A DNA stretch of 64,000 nt from Planctomycetota bacterium (GTDB lineage Bacteria; Planctomycetota; UBA1135; UBA2386), in NCBI GenBank assembly GCA_965223545.1, contig OZ245006.1, positions 6,016,001 to 6,080,000 on the forward strand. The letters are read 5' to 3'. Both the position numbers and the translations under genes were made by a program. Under the pieces are notes generated by a model. It saw only the letters and a program-made list of their open reading frames with translations, was not told the origin of the DNA and made no database searches. Positions 8,612 through 17,750 of this stretch are shown here, piece after piece. Each line of letters starts with the position of its first letter. Position 1 is the stretch's first letter.

Positions 8612-9948
8612 GGTCCTACTTTCGACCGGCGTGGGCGATAGCGCACTATATTATAGTCTATTATCGCAACTTGAGGGTGGTGAGCCGGGTGCAGAGGGTT
8701 CGTCGCGCGATTCGGGTCTGCGCGGCGTCCTTGCGAAGGGGGTCGTGGACCAACGCCCGATAGGGTCGTGCCGGCGATCTCTGGTTGGGCGGCGACCACC
8801 GACACCGTGTTGCCGGCGCGTCCGATCTTCTTGGCAGCAGCCAGGTAGGAGCGAAGGTCCGACTGCGGATTCATGGCGGGCACCAGGAGGAGGTCTGGCT
8901 CGACCCGGCGCCACAGCTCGGGTGCCAGATCGTCGCAGTGGTCGAGGCAGATCGCGACCGCCAGCAGTCCGAACGGAGTGTCGAGCAAACGAACCACGTT
9001 GCCGGGATGGATGTGCTCCTCGCGCAGGTGTGCAGCGCCGGCCGGCAGCTCACCGCTGGCAATGAAGGCGGCGAGCTTGTCGTGCCACATCAGCCGTTCG
9101 CCCCGCGAGCCCAGCAGAACCGCGCGGTTCACCGGACGCTCGTGCTCGGAGACGCGCTCATGAAAGCTGCCGGCGAGGACGAGTTGGATGCGGTGGTGGT
9201 TGGTTGCGAGCCAGGACGATATCCTCGCGCGCAGCGCGGGGGTGACGCTCAGCTCCGGCAACACGACGACGTGCGTTCGGTCGCGGACCCGTTGGAGCAG
9301 CGCCTCGATCTCACGCCACCGGTCGGTCTCGTTGGCCAGCCCATCGGCGATGAACGAGTTCTGAGTCGCGGGTCGCGCGTCCAACTCGCAGTGTTGCGAG
9401 AACGTGGCGGCGGTGACGCGCACCAGGCCCCGCAACGAGGTCGTCAGCCGCTGACTGCTCGACCGCGGCATGCGTACGATCTCGACGCAGTGTCCCGCCA
9501 GCCGGCGTGGGACGATGCGGCAGTGTCGAAACCAGTGGGGGAGCTTCTTCTGACGTGCATGCCGGGAGTACGGGCGACAGCGGACCTGGACCAGGAACTG
9601 GCCAAGCGGGTGCTGGACGGTGGCGACGCGTGATCGGGGGCGTGGCGCCGGCGTGGTCCGTTCGCCGCCGGCGAACTCGACGTCGAGCGCAGCCGCAACT
9701 GTCAGAGGGTCGGCGCGGAACTCCGACGGCAGCGGGAGCCCCCTCCGGCCGGCATCGACCAGCGCGCCCAGCCGGCGGTCGCGTGACGGGTCATCGATCT
9801 CCGTGACACCCGCCGCGTGACGCGCGCGCCCGAGCAACTCGGCGTCTTCCTGCAAGGCTACCCAGAGCGTCACGAGCGCCGTGGCGATAGAGTTGTGCTG
9901 GCCGCTGTTTGCGGCGTCCCAGACTGCGGGCAAATCGATTCCGGGCAC
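8596..9948 (-). CDS. carbon-nitrogen hydrolase (nitrilase-fold) protein with N-terminal extension
   Basis: Glu-Lys-Cys triad motifs VVLPELSV, WHDKL and AICLD, plus LAGSFH, NRAVLL, LLDTPFG and DLLLVPAM; GTG at 9948 preceded by a GGAGA RBS. Confidence 0.75.
   Translation of the reverse strand: MPGIDLPAVWDAANSGQHNSIATALVTLWVALQEDAELLGRARHAAGVTEIDDPSRDRRLGALVDAGRRGLPLPSEFRADPLTVAAALDVEFAGGERTTPAPRPRSRVATVQHPLGQFLVQVRCRPYSRHARQKKLPHWFRHCRIVPRRLAGHCVEIVRMPRSSSQRLTTSLRGLVRVTAATFSQHCELDARPATQNSFIADGLANETDRWREIEALLQRVRDRTHVVVLPELSVTPALRARISSWLATNHHRIQLVLAGSFHERVSEHERPVNRAVLLGSRGERLMWHDKLAAFIASGELPAGAAHLREEHIHPGNVVRLLDTPFGLLAVAICLDHCDDLAPELWRRVEPDLLLVPAMNPQSDLRSYLAAAKKIGRAGNTVSVVAAQPEIAGTTLSGVGPRPPSQGRRADPNRATNPLHPAHHPQVAIIDYNIVRYRPRRSKVGPWSFD
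8635..8667 (-). promoter_or_regulatory. 33-bp symmetric operator overlapping a TATAAT -10 element
   Basis: GCGATA-N4-ACTATA-T-TATAGT-N4-TATCGC; the minus strand reads ...gacTATAATatag..., 24-56 nt upstream of the wHTH ATG. Confidence 0.6.
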
Positions 9949-10046
9949 CCGTGATTCTCCGGTCGGGTGTTTGCGGGACTGGACGGACGACTGGGGCGGA
10001 AGATACCGGACCTCCCGGGTTGGGCCAAGTCGCCGCGACACCGGAT

Positions 10047-11162
10047 CTACAGCGCGCGTTCGAAGATCCTGTAGCGCTGGTACTCTCGCCCGCCCAGCGT
10101 GTCGAGGACGCTCAACATGCGGTGGTTGTCTTCGAGGATCCAGCTGGCCTCGACCAGAGGATAGCCGACGCCCGGCGCGGTGTAGAAGAGGTAGCGCAGG
10201 AGGAGCACGTCGAGGCCGGTCTTGCGGTGTTCGGGCACGACGCCCAGGGTCAGCACGCGCGCGCGCGGCGTCGCCTTGATCGCGCGCAGGAAGCGCCACC
10301 ACCCCAGTGGCCACAGGCGGCCGCCGCAGGCGCGGGCGCCGGCGTTGGCGTCGGGGAGACAGACCGCGAACGCGACCGGCTCGTCCTCGACCTCGACGAA
10401 CACCAGGAGATCGCGGTGGGCGATGTGCACCATGTCGCGCGCCGAGCGGCGGAACTCGTCCTCGAGCATCGGCACGAAGCCCCAGTTCTTTTCCCAGATG
10501 CGGTGGTAGAGCCGCCAGACCGTGTCGATCTCGGTATCGAATCGGCGGAGCTGCACCGGGCGGATGCGGGCGCCGGTGCGCTGCGCGATGCGCCCCGCCA
10601 GGCGGTCGAAGCGTGTCACGTCGCATTCGGCGCTGTTCATCATCAACGCGACCACGTCCTTGACCTTGGCCAGCCCCCAATGCTCGAGCCAGGCCGCGTA
10701 GTGCGGCGGGTTGTGCGGCATCATCATCACCGGTGGACCGGGCTCGCCGGCGATGCGCAGACCGCAGCGGTAGTTGGTCGACAGGTCGATGGGGCCGCGG
10801 ATCGAGGTCGCGCCGCGCGCGGCGAGCCAGCCGGCGGCGTGGTCCAGCAGCGCGGTGGCGCTCTCGCGGTCGGTGGCCTCGAAGTGACCGAAGAAGCCGA
10901 CGCGGTCGCCGTGGAACTCGTCGTGCACCGCGTTGCGCACTGCGCTGATGCGACCGGTCACCCGTCCGTCGCGCTCGGCCAGGGCGAAGTCCGCTTCCGC
11001 GCGGGTGAAGAACGGGTTGCGGCGCGGGTCGACCTGCCACGCCTCGGTGGCGACGATCGGCGGGACGTAGTCGGGATCTCCCCGGTAGAAGGCGCGCTGT
11101 GCCGCCAAGAAGCGGCGCGGGCTGCGGGGGGGGCGGATCCGCGGCGGCGAAGGCATGGGCAA
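10047..11162 (-). CDS. GNAT-family N-acetyltransferase (YghO-like)
   Basis: NPFF...GRISA...VGFFGHFE, IRGP, MMPHNPPHY, NWGFVP, LGVVPEHRKTG, EASWILEDN are hallmark segments of this family. Confidence 0.8.
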   Translation of the reverse strand: MPMPSPPRIRPPRSPRRFLAAQRAFYRGDPDYVPPIVATEAWQVDPRRNPFFTRAEADFALAERDGRVTGRISAVRNAVHDEFHGDRVGFFGHFEATDRESATALLDHAAGWLAARGATSIRGPIDLSTNYRCGLRIAGEPGPPVMMMPHNPPHYAAWLEHWGLAKVKDVVALMMNSAECDVTRFDRLAGRIAQRTGARIRPVQLRRFDTEIDTVWRLYHRIWEKNWGFVPMLEDEFRRSARDMVHIAHRDLLVFVEVEDEPVAFAVCLPDANAGARACGGRLWPLGWWRFLRAIKATPRARVLTLGVVPEHRKTGLDVLLLRYLFYTAPGVGYPLVEASWILEDNHRMLSVLDTLGGREYQRYRIFERAL

Positions 11163-11192
11163 CGCAGGGTAACGGCGCTACATTCCGGCGCC

Positions 11193-12089
11193 ATGCTGGC
11201 GCCCTCGCTCTGGCGAACCGGTCTTCTCTGTCTCACCGCGTGCGCGGCCGTGGAGCCGCCGCGGACGGTCCCGCGCCCCGACGCGGCCCAGCTAGAGGCG
11301 CTGCAGGCGGCGGAGCGCTTGTATCGCGAGCAGAGCGAGGACTTCGCCGCCGCGCGCGACGCGTTGGCGGCGGATCCGGTGACCGCGTTCTGGCTCACCC
11401 GGATGTTGGTGCTCGACGTCGTGCGCGGGCTCGATGCAGCGCAGTCGACCGACCACGACTTCCTGGCGACGGTCGCCGAGGGAGCGGTGGTCCACCCGGT
11501 GTTCGTCCGGGCGCTGACCCAGCTCGAGGCGCTCGGCGCGGCGGCGGTCCCCGCTGTCGCCGAGGACCTGCTGCGCCACCGCTACAGCGACCGGCGTCGG
11601 CTCGGGGTCGACGTGCTCGCGTCGATGGGGCCGGCGGTGTTGCCGGCGCTGTCGGAGTTGCTCGACGACCCGGATTGGCGCACTCGCAATCACGTGATGG
11701 CGGTGCTGCTGGCGATGCCGGCAGCGGCGGATCCAGAAGCAGTCGCGCCGCTGATCGAGCGTGGCCTGCGCGACCCGGAGTTCGCGGTGCGGGCTTCCGC
11801 GGTGCGCGCGCTGCCGCAACTCGGTCCGGAAGCGGCGCCGCGTCTGCGCGCTTTGTTGGTCGACGACCCGGATGCATACGTCCGGCGCAGCGCGGCGACC
11901 GTCCTCGGCGAGTACCCGGATCGCGACACGGCGCGCGCCCTGGTGGAGTTCTACGGCGTGGCGTTGGCCGACGGCGATCACGAGGCCGTGCGCGCCGCTG
12001 ACGACAGCTTGCGTCGCATCGCCGGGCGGCGCGACCCCGGCGACCTCGGATTCTGGCGCGCGTGGTTGGTTTCTTGGGAGGGGCGCTGA
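11193..12089 (+). CDS. HEAT-repeat lipoprotein
   Basis: Lipobox-like LTAC; repeats such as LDDPDWRTR, LRDPEFAVRASAVRAL and DPDAYVRRSAATVLG. Confidence 0.7.
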   Translation: MLAPSLWRTGLLCLTACAAVEPPRTVPRPDAAQLEALQAAERLYREQSEDFAAARDALAADPVTAFWLTRMLVLDVVRGLDAAQSTDHDFLATVAEGAVVHPVFVRALTQLEALGAAAVPAVAEDLLRHRYSDRRRLGVDVLASMGPAVLPALSELLDDPDWRTRNHVMAVLLAMPAAADPEAVAPLIERGLRDPEFAVRASAVRALPQLGPEAAPRLRALLVDDPDAYVRRSAATVLGEYPDRDTARALVEFYGVALADGDHEAVRAADDSLRRIAGRRDPGDLGFWRAWLVSWEGR

Positions 12090-12090
12090 C

Positions 12091-12594
12091 GTGGAGCAGT
12101 GGAAGATCGTGAAGGATCGGGCCAAGTGCACGCAGTCGGGATGCCCACTGGGCAGCACGCTGGAGTACATCGCGGTTCTCGAGCTGCCGTCGTGCGTGCG
12201 CCGCGATCTGTGCGAGCGCTGCTTTGCCGACCGCGTCCGCCAGGAAGGCGAGCCGCTGTATTGGCGGGGGCGCCGCCGGCACGCCAACAAGGGGCCGACC
12301 CTGGACCTCGCCTCGCTGCGGCAGCTGTTCGATCGGCTCGGCGAGGTCGACGGCGCTGATCCGGAAAAGGCGGCGACGGCCGGCGGCCTGCGCTATCTGG
12401 TCGCCCTGCTTCTGCTGCGCAAGCGCGTGCTCAAGATGGTCGACGCCGAGACCGAAGCCGACGAGGCCGCCGACCTGGTGGTGGTCGATCCGAAGGTCGA
12501 CGGCATGCGGCCGGTGGCGCTGTTCGCGCCGGAGCTGGATACCGAGCGGCTGTCGACGCTCAAGGACGAGCTCCTGGCGGCGATCGAGGTGTAG
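12091..12594 (+). CDS. conserved hypothetical protein with Cys pairs
   Basis: KCTQSGC...RRDLCERCF...YWR...RYLVALLLLRKRVLK resembles a conserved planctomycete hypothetical family; GTG 1 nt after the upstream stop. Confidence 0.6.
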   Translation: MEQWKIVKDRAKCTQSGCPLGSTLEYIAVLELPSCVRRDLCERCFADRVRQEGEPLYWRGRRRHANKGPTLDLASLRQLFDRLGEVDGADPEKAATAGGLRYLVALLLLRKRVLKMVDAETEADEAADLVVVDPKVDGMRPVALFAPELDTERLSTLKDELLAAIEV

Positions 12595-12625
12595 ACCGGT
12601 GGGCTGATCGGCCGAAACCCCGGGT

Positions 12626-12928
12626 ATGGAGCCGGGGTCATTGCCGCCGCAGGTCGTCATTGCCGCGACGTTTCTGCCGATCTATGGGCTGCCGCTGCTG
12701 CTCGCGTTGACGCGGGCACTGCAGGAGCCGTGGCGCCGGTGGGCGGCGCTGCTGTCTCCGTTCGTGCTCGCCCTATTCCTGTTCTGGATTGCAGAGCCGG
12801 TGATGTACAACGGGAACCTGCTCGCCGCGCTCTTGTACGTCGTGTACTTCGTGGCTTGCGCTGCGTACGGTGTCGTCCTCTTGGTCGTGCTCTTGCTGAC
12901 CAAGATCGCGGTCATTGGCGACCGCTGA
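12626..12928 (+). CDS. small 3-TM membrane protein
   Basis: 100 aa with three hydrophobic segments. Confidence 0.55.
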   Translation: MEPGSLPPQVVIAATFLPIYGLPLLLALTRALQEPWRRWAALLSPFVLALFLFWIAEPVMYNGNLLAALLYVVYFVACAAYGVVLLVVLLLTKIAVIGDR

Positions 12929-12988
12929 GGGGGGCACCCTCGGCGCCGGCGCTTGACGCCCGGCGGGGACTCGCCAAGACTGTTGGTC

Positions 12989-13768
12989 ATGCGTCAGGCA
13001 TCCCTCCTCTTGTTGTGTGGCGCGGCGGTCTCGTGTGGTGGAGATTGGGACCGCGTGTCGCTCGGCACCGTCGGTGCCACCCTACCGGTCGCCGGCGATC
13101 TCGAGGGTGTCGATGTTCGCATCCCGGTCGGGCGCGTGGAGTTGGTGCCCGGGGCCGGCAGCGAGGTGCGGCTGCAGTGCGAGGTCCGGGTCGTCAAGAG
13201 CCGGATCACTGGCGACGCGGAGCCGGCCAAGCCGCGGTTCGAAGAGCACGTGGTCGCCGAGATCGTCGATGGCGTGCTCACGGTGCGGAGCGCGCACGCT
13301 GACGATGCCAGTCCCGATGACTGGTCGCATCACCTGACGCTGGAGGTGCCGGGGGCGCCGGCGGTCAACGCACGCATTGGCGTCGGCCACATCGCGTCGT
13401 CGTTGCCCGAGCTGGCGGGCATCGAGGTGAACGCCGGCACGGGCCACGTGCGCATCGAGGCCACGGCGGTGCGCGGCGCGATCCGCAGCCGGGTCGGGGT
13501 GGGCAACATCCACACCACGGTCGGCGCGGCGGGGCCGAGCGGCGGGGTCGACCTGGAGACGGGCACCGGTGACGTCGCTCTGCGCTTGCCGGCGGAGGTG
13601 CGCGGCTCCTTTTCGCTGTCTACAGCGGTCGGTGGCGTGACCGTTGCCGAGCGTTTCGGCCTCGAGGTCGAGCGCGGCACCGTCGCCGCCAGTGCGAGCG
13701 GTGTCGTCGGTAGTGGCGGGGCGCAGCATCGACTGCATTGCGCGGTCGGCAGCGTGCGGCTGCAGTAA
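12989..13768 (+). CDS. DUF4097/adhesin-like beta-repeat lipoprotein
   Basis: Lipobox AVSC; repeated 'GVG-x-I' / 'GTG-x-V' beta motifs. Confidence 0.65.
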   Translation: MRQASLLLLCGAAVSCGGDWDRVSLGTVGATLPVAGDLEGVDVRIPVGRVELVPGAGSEVRLQCEVRVVKSRITGDAEPAKPRFEEHVVAEIVDGVLTVRSAHADDASPDDWSHHLTLEVPGAPAVNARIGVGHIASSLPELAGIEVNAGTGHVRIEATAVRGAIRSRVGVGNIHTTVGAAGPSGGVDLETGTGDVALRLPAEVRGSFSLSTAVGGVTVAERFGLEVERGTVAASASGVVGSGGAQHRLHCAVGSVRLQ

Positions 13769-13796
13769 GCGAGAAAATCGAGCCGGACTCCGTACT
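13768..13796 (+). repeat. 29-bp REP-like intergenic repeat, copy 1
   Basis: agcgagaaaatcgagccggactccgtact, between convergent stop codons. Confidence 0.75.
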
Positions 13797-13798
13797 GT

Positions 13799-14395
13799 CT
13801 ATTGGTCGCGCCAGGTGACGAGCCAGCGGAATGGGCCGTCGCGTTCGCGGACGCGGTCGACCGACAGCTCGAGGGTTGCGCGCCGCTCGGTGTGGTCGGT
13901 CTCGGCGCCGCGGGGTTTGGGCGTCACGGCGCTGCTCGCGACCCGGCCGGGGACGTCCACCTCGAAGGCGACCAGGTCGGGGGCGCCGAGGTCGCGCCGG
14001 GGGTCGAAGGTCTGTCGCGCAGCGTCGCGGTCGCCCGCGGCGGGGGTCATCATCGCGGGCCACTGCGCGTCGGCGCCGCCCGGCAGGACCAGCTCCAGGT
14101 AGTGGAACCCCGCGGGCGTCGTGCCACTCTGCAGCTGCAGGTCGGCGAGCTCGAGTCCACCGGCTGCGGCAAATGTGCCGTGTGCGCACGCCAGCTGCAC
14201 GCGCCGGTCCCACTGGACGCCGGTGCTCGCCTGCTCGAGCGGCGCGCGTTCGTCCGTGGTCAAGAGGCTGCTGGTGGTCACCTGGCCCGAGCCGTCGGCG
14301 TTCAGCTGGATGCGCACGGTGGCGACCGCGCTGTTGCCACAGGCTGCGGAGAGGCTGGCGAGCGCCAGCAGAGAGCCCAGTCGGACGGCGCGCAT
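13799..14395 (-). CDS. hypothetical lipoprotein (LppM-like)
   Basis: Lipobox LSAAC followed by VRIQLNADGSG, a motif typical of LppM-like lipoproteins. Confidence 0.6.
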   Translation of the reverse strand: MRAVRLGSLLALASLSAACGNSAVATVRIQLNADGSGQVTTSSLLTTDERAPLEQASTGVQWDRRVQLACAHGTFAAAGGLELADLQLQSGTTPAGFHYLELVLPGGADAQWPAMMTPAAGDRDAARQTFDPRRDLGAPDLVAFEVDVPGRVASSAVTPKPRGAETDHTERRATLELSVDRVRERDGPFRWLVTWRDQ

Positions 14396-14478
14396 GATGC
14401 CGCGCAACGATACTGGGGTGGCGGGGTGGGGGCCACGCTCGCTTGTCGGCCCGCCGCCGGAGTGTTACAGGGAGCAGG

Positions 14479-16290
14479 GTGAAGGCGCAGCGCACGCTTC
14501 CGGCGATGTTGGCTCGTCGCGCCGCGGCGACCCCGGACGCACTCGCCGTCACCGGTCCCGTGCCTTGCTCCTGGAGCACCTTCGCCCGCCGCGTGGGGGA
14601 GCTGGCTTGGGCGCTGCGCGACGCCGGCGTCGAGCCGGGCGAGTGCGTCGCGATTCTCGGGCCGACCGAGGTCGAGTGGGCGCTCGCCGACCAGGCGGTG
14701 CAGTGGGCGGGGGCGATCAGCGTCGGCCTGTACTCGACTTCGACCGCGGCGCAGATCGCGGGCGCCCTGGGCGATTGCCGTGCCCGGGTCGTGTTCGTCG
14801 GTTCGGCCGGTGACTGGGAGACGCTGTGCGCGGCGCGCGCCGCCGGAGCCCGCGTCGAGGTCGCCGTCGGCTGGGGCAGCGCGGTCGCCGGCGGCGGCGG
14901 CGCCGGGTTGCGGCCGTGGAAGGAGTTCGAGGCGCGCGGCCGGGCGTTGGCCGAACGCCATGGAGCATCGCCGATGGCGCCGGGACCGGACGACACGGCG
15001 ATCGTGATCTACACCTCGGGCACGACGGGGCGGGCCAAGGGCGCGATGCTCAGCCACCGCTCCTGCGTGTTCGCCGCCGATGCCATCGCCTCGCTGTTTC
15101 CGCTGCAGGTCGGCCGCGATCACACCGTGTCGTTCTTGCCGATGCCGCATGCCACCGAGCGCGTCGTCGGCTTCTACACCCGCATCCGCACCGGGATCGC
15201 GACCCGCTTCGTCGCCGCCGACGCCGCGGTCGTCGCCGGCGCGCTGCGCGAGGGGCGCCCCACGGTGTACGGCTGCGTGCCCCGCTTCTACGAGAAGGCG
15301 GTAGCGCAGGTGCAGGAGCACATCGACGCAGCCCGTCCCGCCCAGCGGCGGCTGCTGCGTTGGGCGCTCGGCGTCGGCGCCGACCGCGCCCGGCGGCTGC
15401 GCGCCGCGGAGCCCGTGCCGCCGTGGCTGGCGGCGCGCCACGCGGTTGCCGACGCGCTGGTGCTGCGTCGGGTGCGCGCCGCGTTCGGCGGCCGAGTGCG
15501 CGTCGCGGTCACCGGTGCTGCGTCGATCGATCCCGCGGTGCTCGACCGATTCGCGGCGTTCGGCATGCCGGTCTACCAGGGCTACGGCATGACCGAGTGC
15601 GCGGGTTTGGCGACCATCAATACGCCGGCCGCGCACCGCCTGGGCAGCGTCGGCCGTCCCATACCCGGCTTCGAAGTGCGGCTCGCCGCCGACGGGGAGG
15701 TCTTGCTGCGCTCCGAGGCGGTGTTCCAGGGCTACCTCAACATGCCCGACGAGTCGGCGGCGGTGTTGGACCGCGACGGCTGGCTGCACACCGGCGACGT
15801 CGGTCGGCTCGAGGACGGCTACCTGTGGATCACCGACCGCAAGAAGGACCTGATCGTCACCGCCGGTGGCAAGAACATCGCCCCGGCGGCGATCGAGGCG
15901 CGCTTGTCGAGCCCGTTGTTCGACGCGGTGATCGTCATCGGCGAGGCGAGGCCGTTCGTCGCGGCACTGCTGGGCCTGAACGTCGAGGCCGCGCGGCGCG
16001 TCGCGGGTGCGCCGTCGGCCGACCTCGCCCGCCTGGCGGACGATACCGTGGTCCGCCGCGCGATCGCGCGGGCCGTGGCGGCGGCCAACCAAGAGCTGGC
16101 GGAGCACGAGCGGGTGCGGCGGGTCCGGCTGCTGCCGCGGCCGCTGTCGCTTGCAAAAGGCGAGCTCACCCCCACCCTCAAAGTGCGCCGGGCGACGGTG
16201 TTGCGACGATTTACCGCCGAGGCCGACAGCCTCTACGGCGCAGCTGACGGCGCGGTGCTATCGGTGGATGCGCGGTCGGGAGAGCGCTGA
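14479..16290 (+). CDS. long-chain fatty acid-CoA ligase (AMP-dependent synthetase)
   Basis: IYTSGTTGRAKG, QGYGMTE, GWLHTGDVG, ITDRKKDLIVTAGGKNIAP, ELTPTLKVRR; GGAG RBS before the GTG. Confidence 0.9.
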   Translation: MKAQRTLPAMLARRAAATPDALAVTGPVPCSWSTFARRVGELAWALRDAGVEPGECVAILGPTEVEWALADQAVQWAGAISVGLYSTSTAAQIAGALGDCRARVVFVGSAGDWETLCAARAAGARVEVAVGWGSAVAGGGGAGLRPWKEFEARGRALAERHGASPMAPGPDDTAIVIYTSGTTGRAKGAMLSHRSCVFAADAIASLFPLQVGRDHTVSFLPMPHATERVVGFYTRIRTGIATRFVAADAAVVAGALREGRPTVYGCVPRFYEKAVAQVQEHIDAARPAQRRLLRWALGVGADRARRLRAAEPVPPWLAARHAVADALVLRRVRAAFGGRVRVAVTGAASIDPAVLDRFAAFGMPVYQGYGMTECAGLATINTPAAHRLGSVGRPIPGFEVRLAADGEVLLRSEAVFQGYLNMPDESAAVLDRDGWLHTGDVGRLEDGYLWITDRKKDLIVTAGGKNIAPAAIEARLSSPLFDAVIVIGEARPFVAALLGLNVEAARRVAGAPSADLARLADDTVVRRAIARAVAAANQELAEHERVRRVRLLPRPLSLAKGELTPTLKVRRATVLRRFTAEADSLYGAADGAVLSVDARSGER

Positions 16291-16292
16291 TC

Positions 16293-16315
16293 GGAGGGGC
16301 GGGAGGCCCCTCCTT
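16293..16315 (+). terminator. possible terminator hairpin
   Basis: 8-bp stem ggaggggc/gcccctcc immediately after the stop codon; weak U-tract. Confidence 0.35.
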
Positions 16316-16361
16316 CCGCTGCGCCGAACCGGTCCCAGTGTGGCATGATACTTCGTCACTC

Positions 16362-17750
16362 ATGCGCGCGATCGTGTTGTTCTTGCTGTTGCTCGCCGGC
16401 GCGGGCGGGGTCTGGGCCCTCGCCTCCGGGGGCGAGGGGCCGGTGCTGCCGGCGAATGCGGCGTCCAGCTCCGGCCGCGATGCCGCCGAGCGGCTGGCGG
16501 CCGGGGGTGCGCCGGGCGACCCGGGCGCCGTCGAGCCGGCGGCGGTTCCGCGCGCGGGATCCCCGCAACAGTCGGCCGACGGGGCCTCTGGACCGCGACC
16601 CGCGCAGACGCTCGCGGCGGCGGCCGGGGCGAGCGAGCGCCCCGCGGGCGCTCTCGAAGGGTCGCTCCGCTGGCACGAAACCGCGGATGTTTCCCTGTTC
16701 TCGGTGACCTATCGGCGCGACGGCGAGGCTCTGCAGCGCGCGATTCCGCTGACGTCGGCCGGCCGCTTCATGCTGCAGCGCGCCGAGCCCGGCAACATCG
16801 AGCTCCTGGTCAAGCTCCGCGATCACGCCCAGCCGCTGCACGTGATCCGCGAGCTGGAGCTCCCCGTGGGGGCCGACTCCAGGCTGCAGGACATCGACGT
16901 GACGATCGTGCGCCGCATCACGCTCACCGTGCTGGATGCGCAGCGGGCGCCCATCGACGCGCCGGTGCAGTTCGTCGCCGTGCCACCGAAGCGCAAGGAG
17001 GGTCGCTTTCGGCTGAACAAGTCACCCGGTGAGGGCGTCGAGTTCCTGGCCCGCCACACGCACTACGACGTGACGATCTGGGCCGCGGGCTACATGCCCG
17101 TGAAGCGCAAGATCAGTGGTGATGACACGGTGATCCTGGAGAGCGCCGCGCGATTGCGCGTCGCGCTCGAAGCGCCGCCCGGCGTGACGTCGGGGGCGCC
17201 GGTCGCCGAGCTCATGCACGTCGAGCCGGGCGGTCGGATGCGCAAGGTGCAGCACTTCGTGCCGCAGCCCGACCGGCGGATGTCGCCGGAACAGGTGCCG
17301 GCGGTGTCGCTGTTGCACAACCAGATGGACGCCACGTCGTCGACGCGAGAGTTCGCGATCCACGAGCCGGGCGTCTATCGCGTCGGGTGGGTCGTGCAGC
17401 GCCATCGCCGGGGCCAGCGCCGGCCCGCCGTGCTGCGCGGCGAGTTGCAGACGGTGAGCATCGCCCCCGGGGAGGTGCGCACGATTCGCTACCAGCTGCA
17501 GCCGGAGGACCTGCGCCGCAAGCGCGCGCCGGGCGCCGGGGAGGGGGCCGGCAACGCGGAGGGTGGGGCCCCCGGGGAGCGTCCGCCCGGGTCGCCCGGA
17601 TCGCCCGGGTCGAATGCTGGCAGTGGCAGGCCCGGAGGGGCTCCAGCCGGTGCGACGGAGCAGGCGGGCGGTGGCGGCACCGCGGGCGAGGCCGGCGGCG
17701 AGGGAGCGCCTCCCCGGCCGGGTCAGCGGCGGCGGAAGCGGACGAAGTAG
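16362..17750 (+). CDS. hypothetical exported protein with beta-sandwich domains and Gly/Pro-rich tail
   Basis: Signal or anchor MRAIVLFLLLLAG; carboxypeptidase-regulatory-like segments (ITLTVLDA, YDVTIWAAGY). Confidence 0.55.
   Translation: MRAIVLFLLLLAGAGGVWALASGGEGPVLPANAASSSGRDAAERLAAGGAPGDPGAVEPAAVPRAGSPQQSADGASGPRPAQTLAAAAGASERPAGALEGSLRWHETADVSLFSVTYRRDGEALQRAIPLTSAGRFMLQRAEPGNIELLVKLRDHAQPLHVIRELELPVGADSRLQDIDVTIVRRITLTVLDAQRAPIDAPVQFVAVPPKRKEGRFRLNKSPGEGVEFLARHTHYDVTIWAAGYMPVKRKISGDDTVILESAARLRVALEAPPGVTSGAPVAELMHVEPGGRMRKVQHFVPQPDRRMSPEQVPAVSLLHNQMDATSSTREFAIHEPGVYRVGWVVQRHRRGQRRPAVLRGELQTVSIAPGEVRTIRYQLQPEDLRRKRAPGAGEGAGNAEGGAPGERPPGSPGSPGSNAGSGRPGGAPAGATEQAGGGGTAGEAGGEGAPPRPGQRRRKRTK

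Noticed and set aside
8596..11040. 814-aa ORF suggesting a long nitrilase fusion
   Set aside because: The N-terminal ~360 aa are an Arg/Pro-rich off-frame shadow of the GNAT gene; an RBS-supported GTG lies at 9948.
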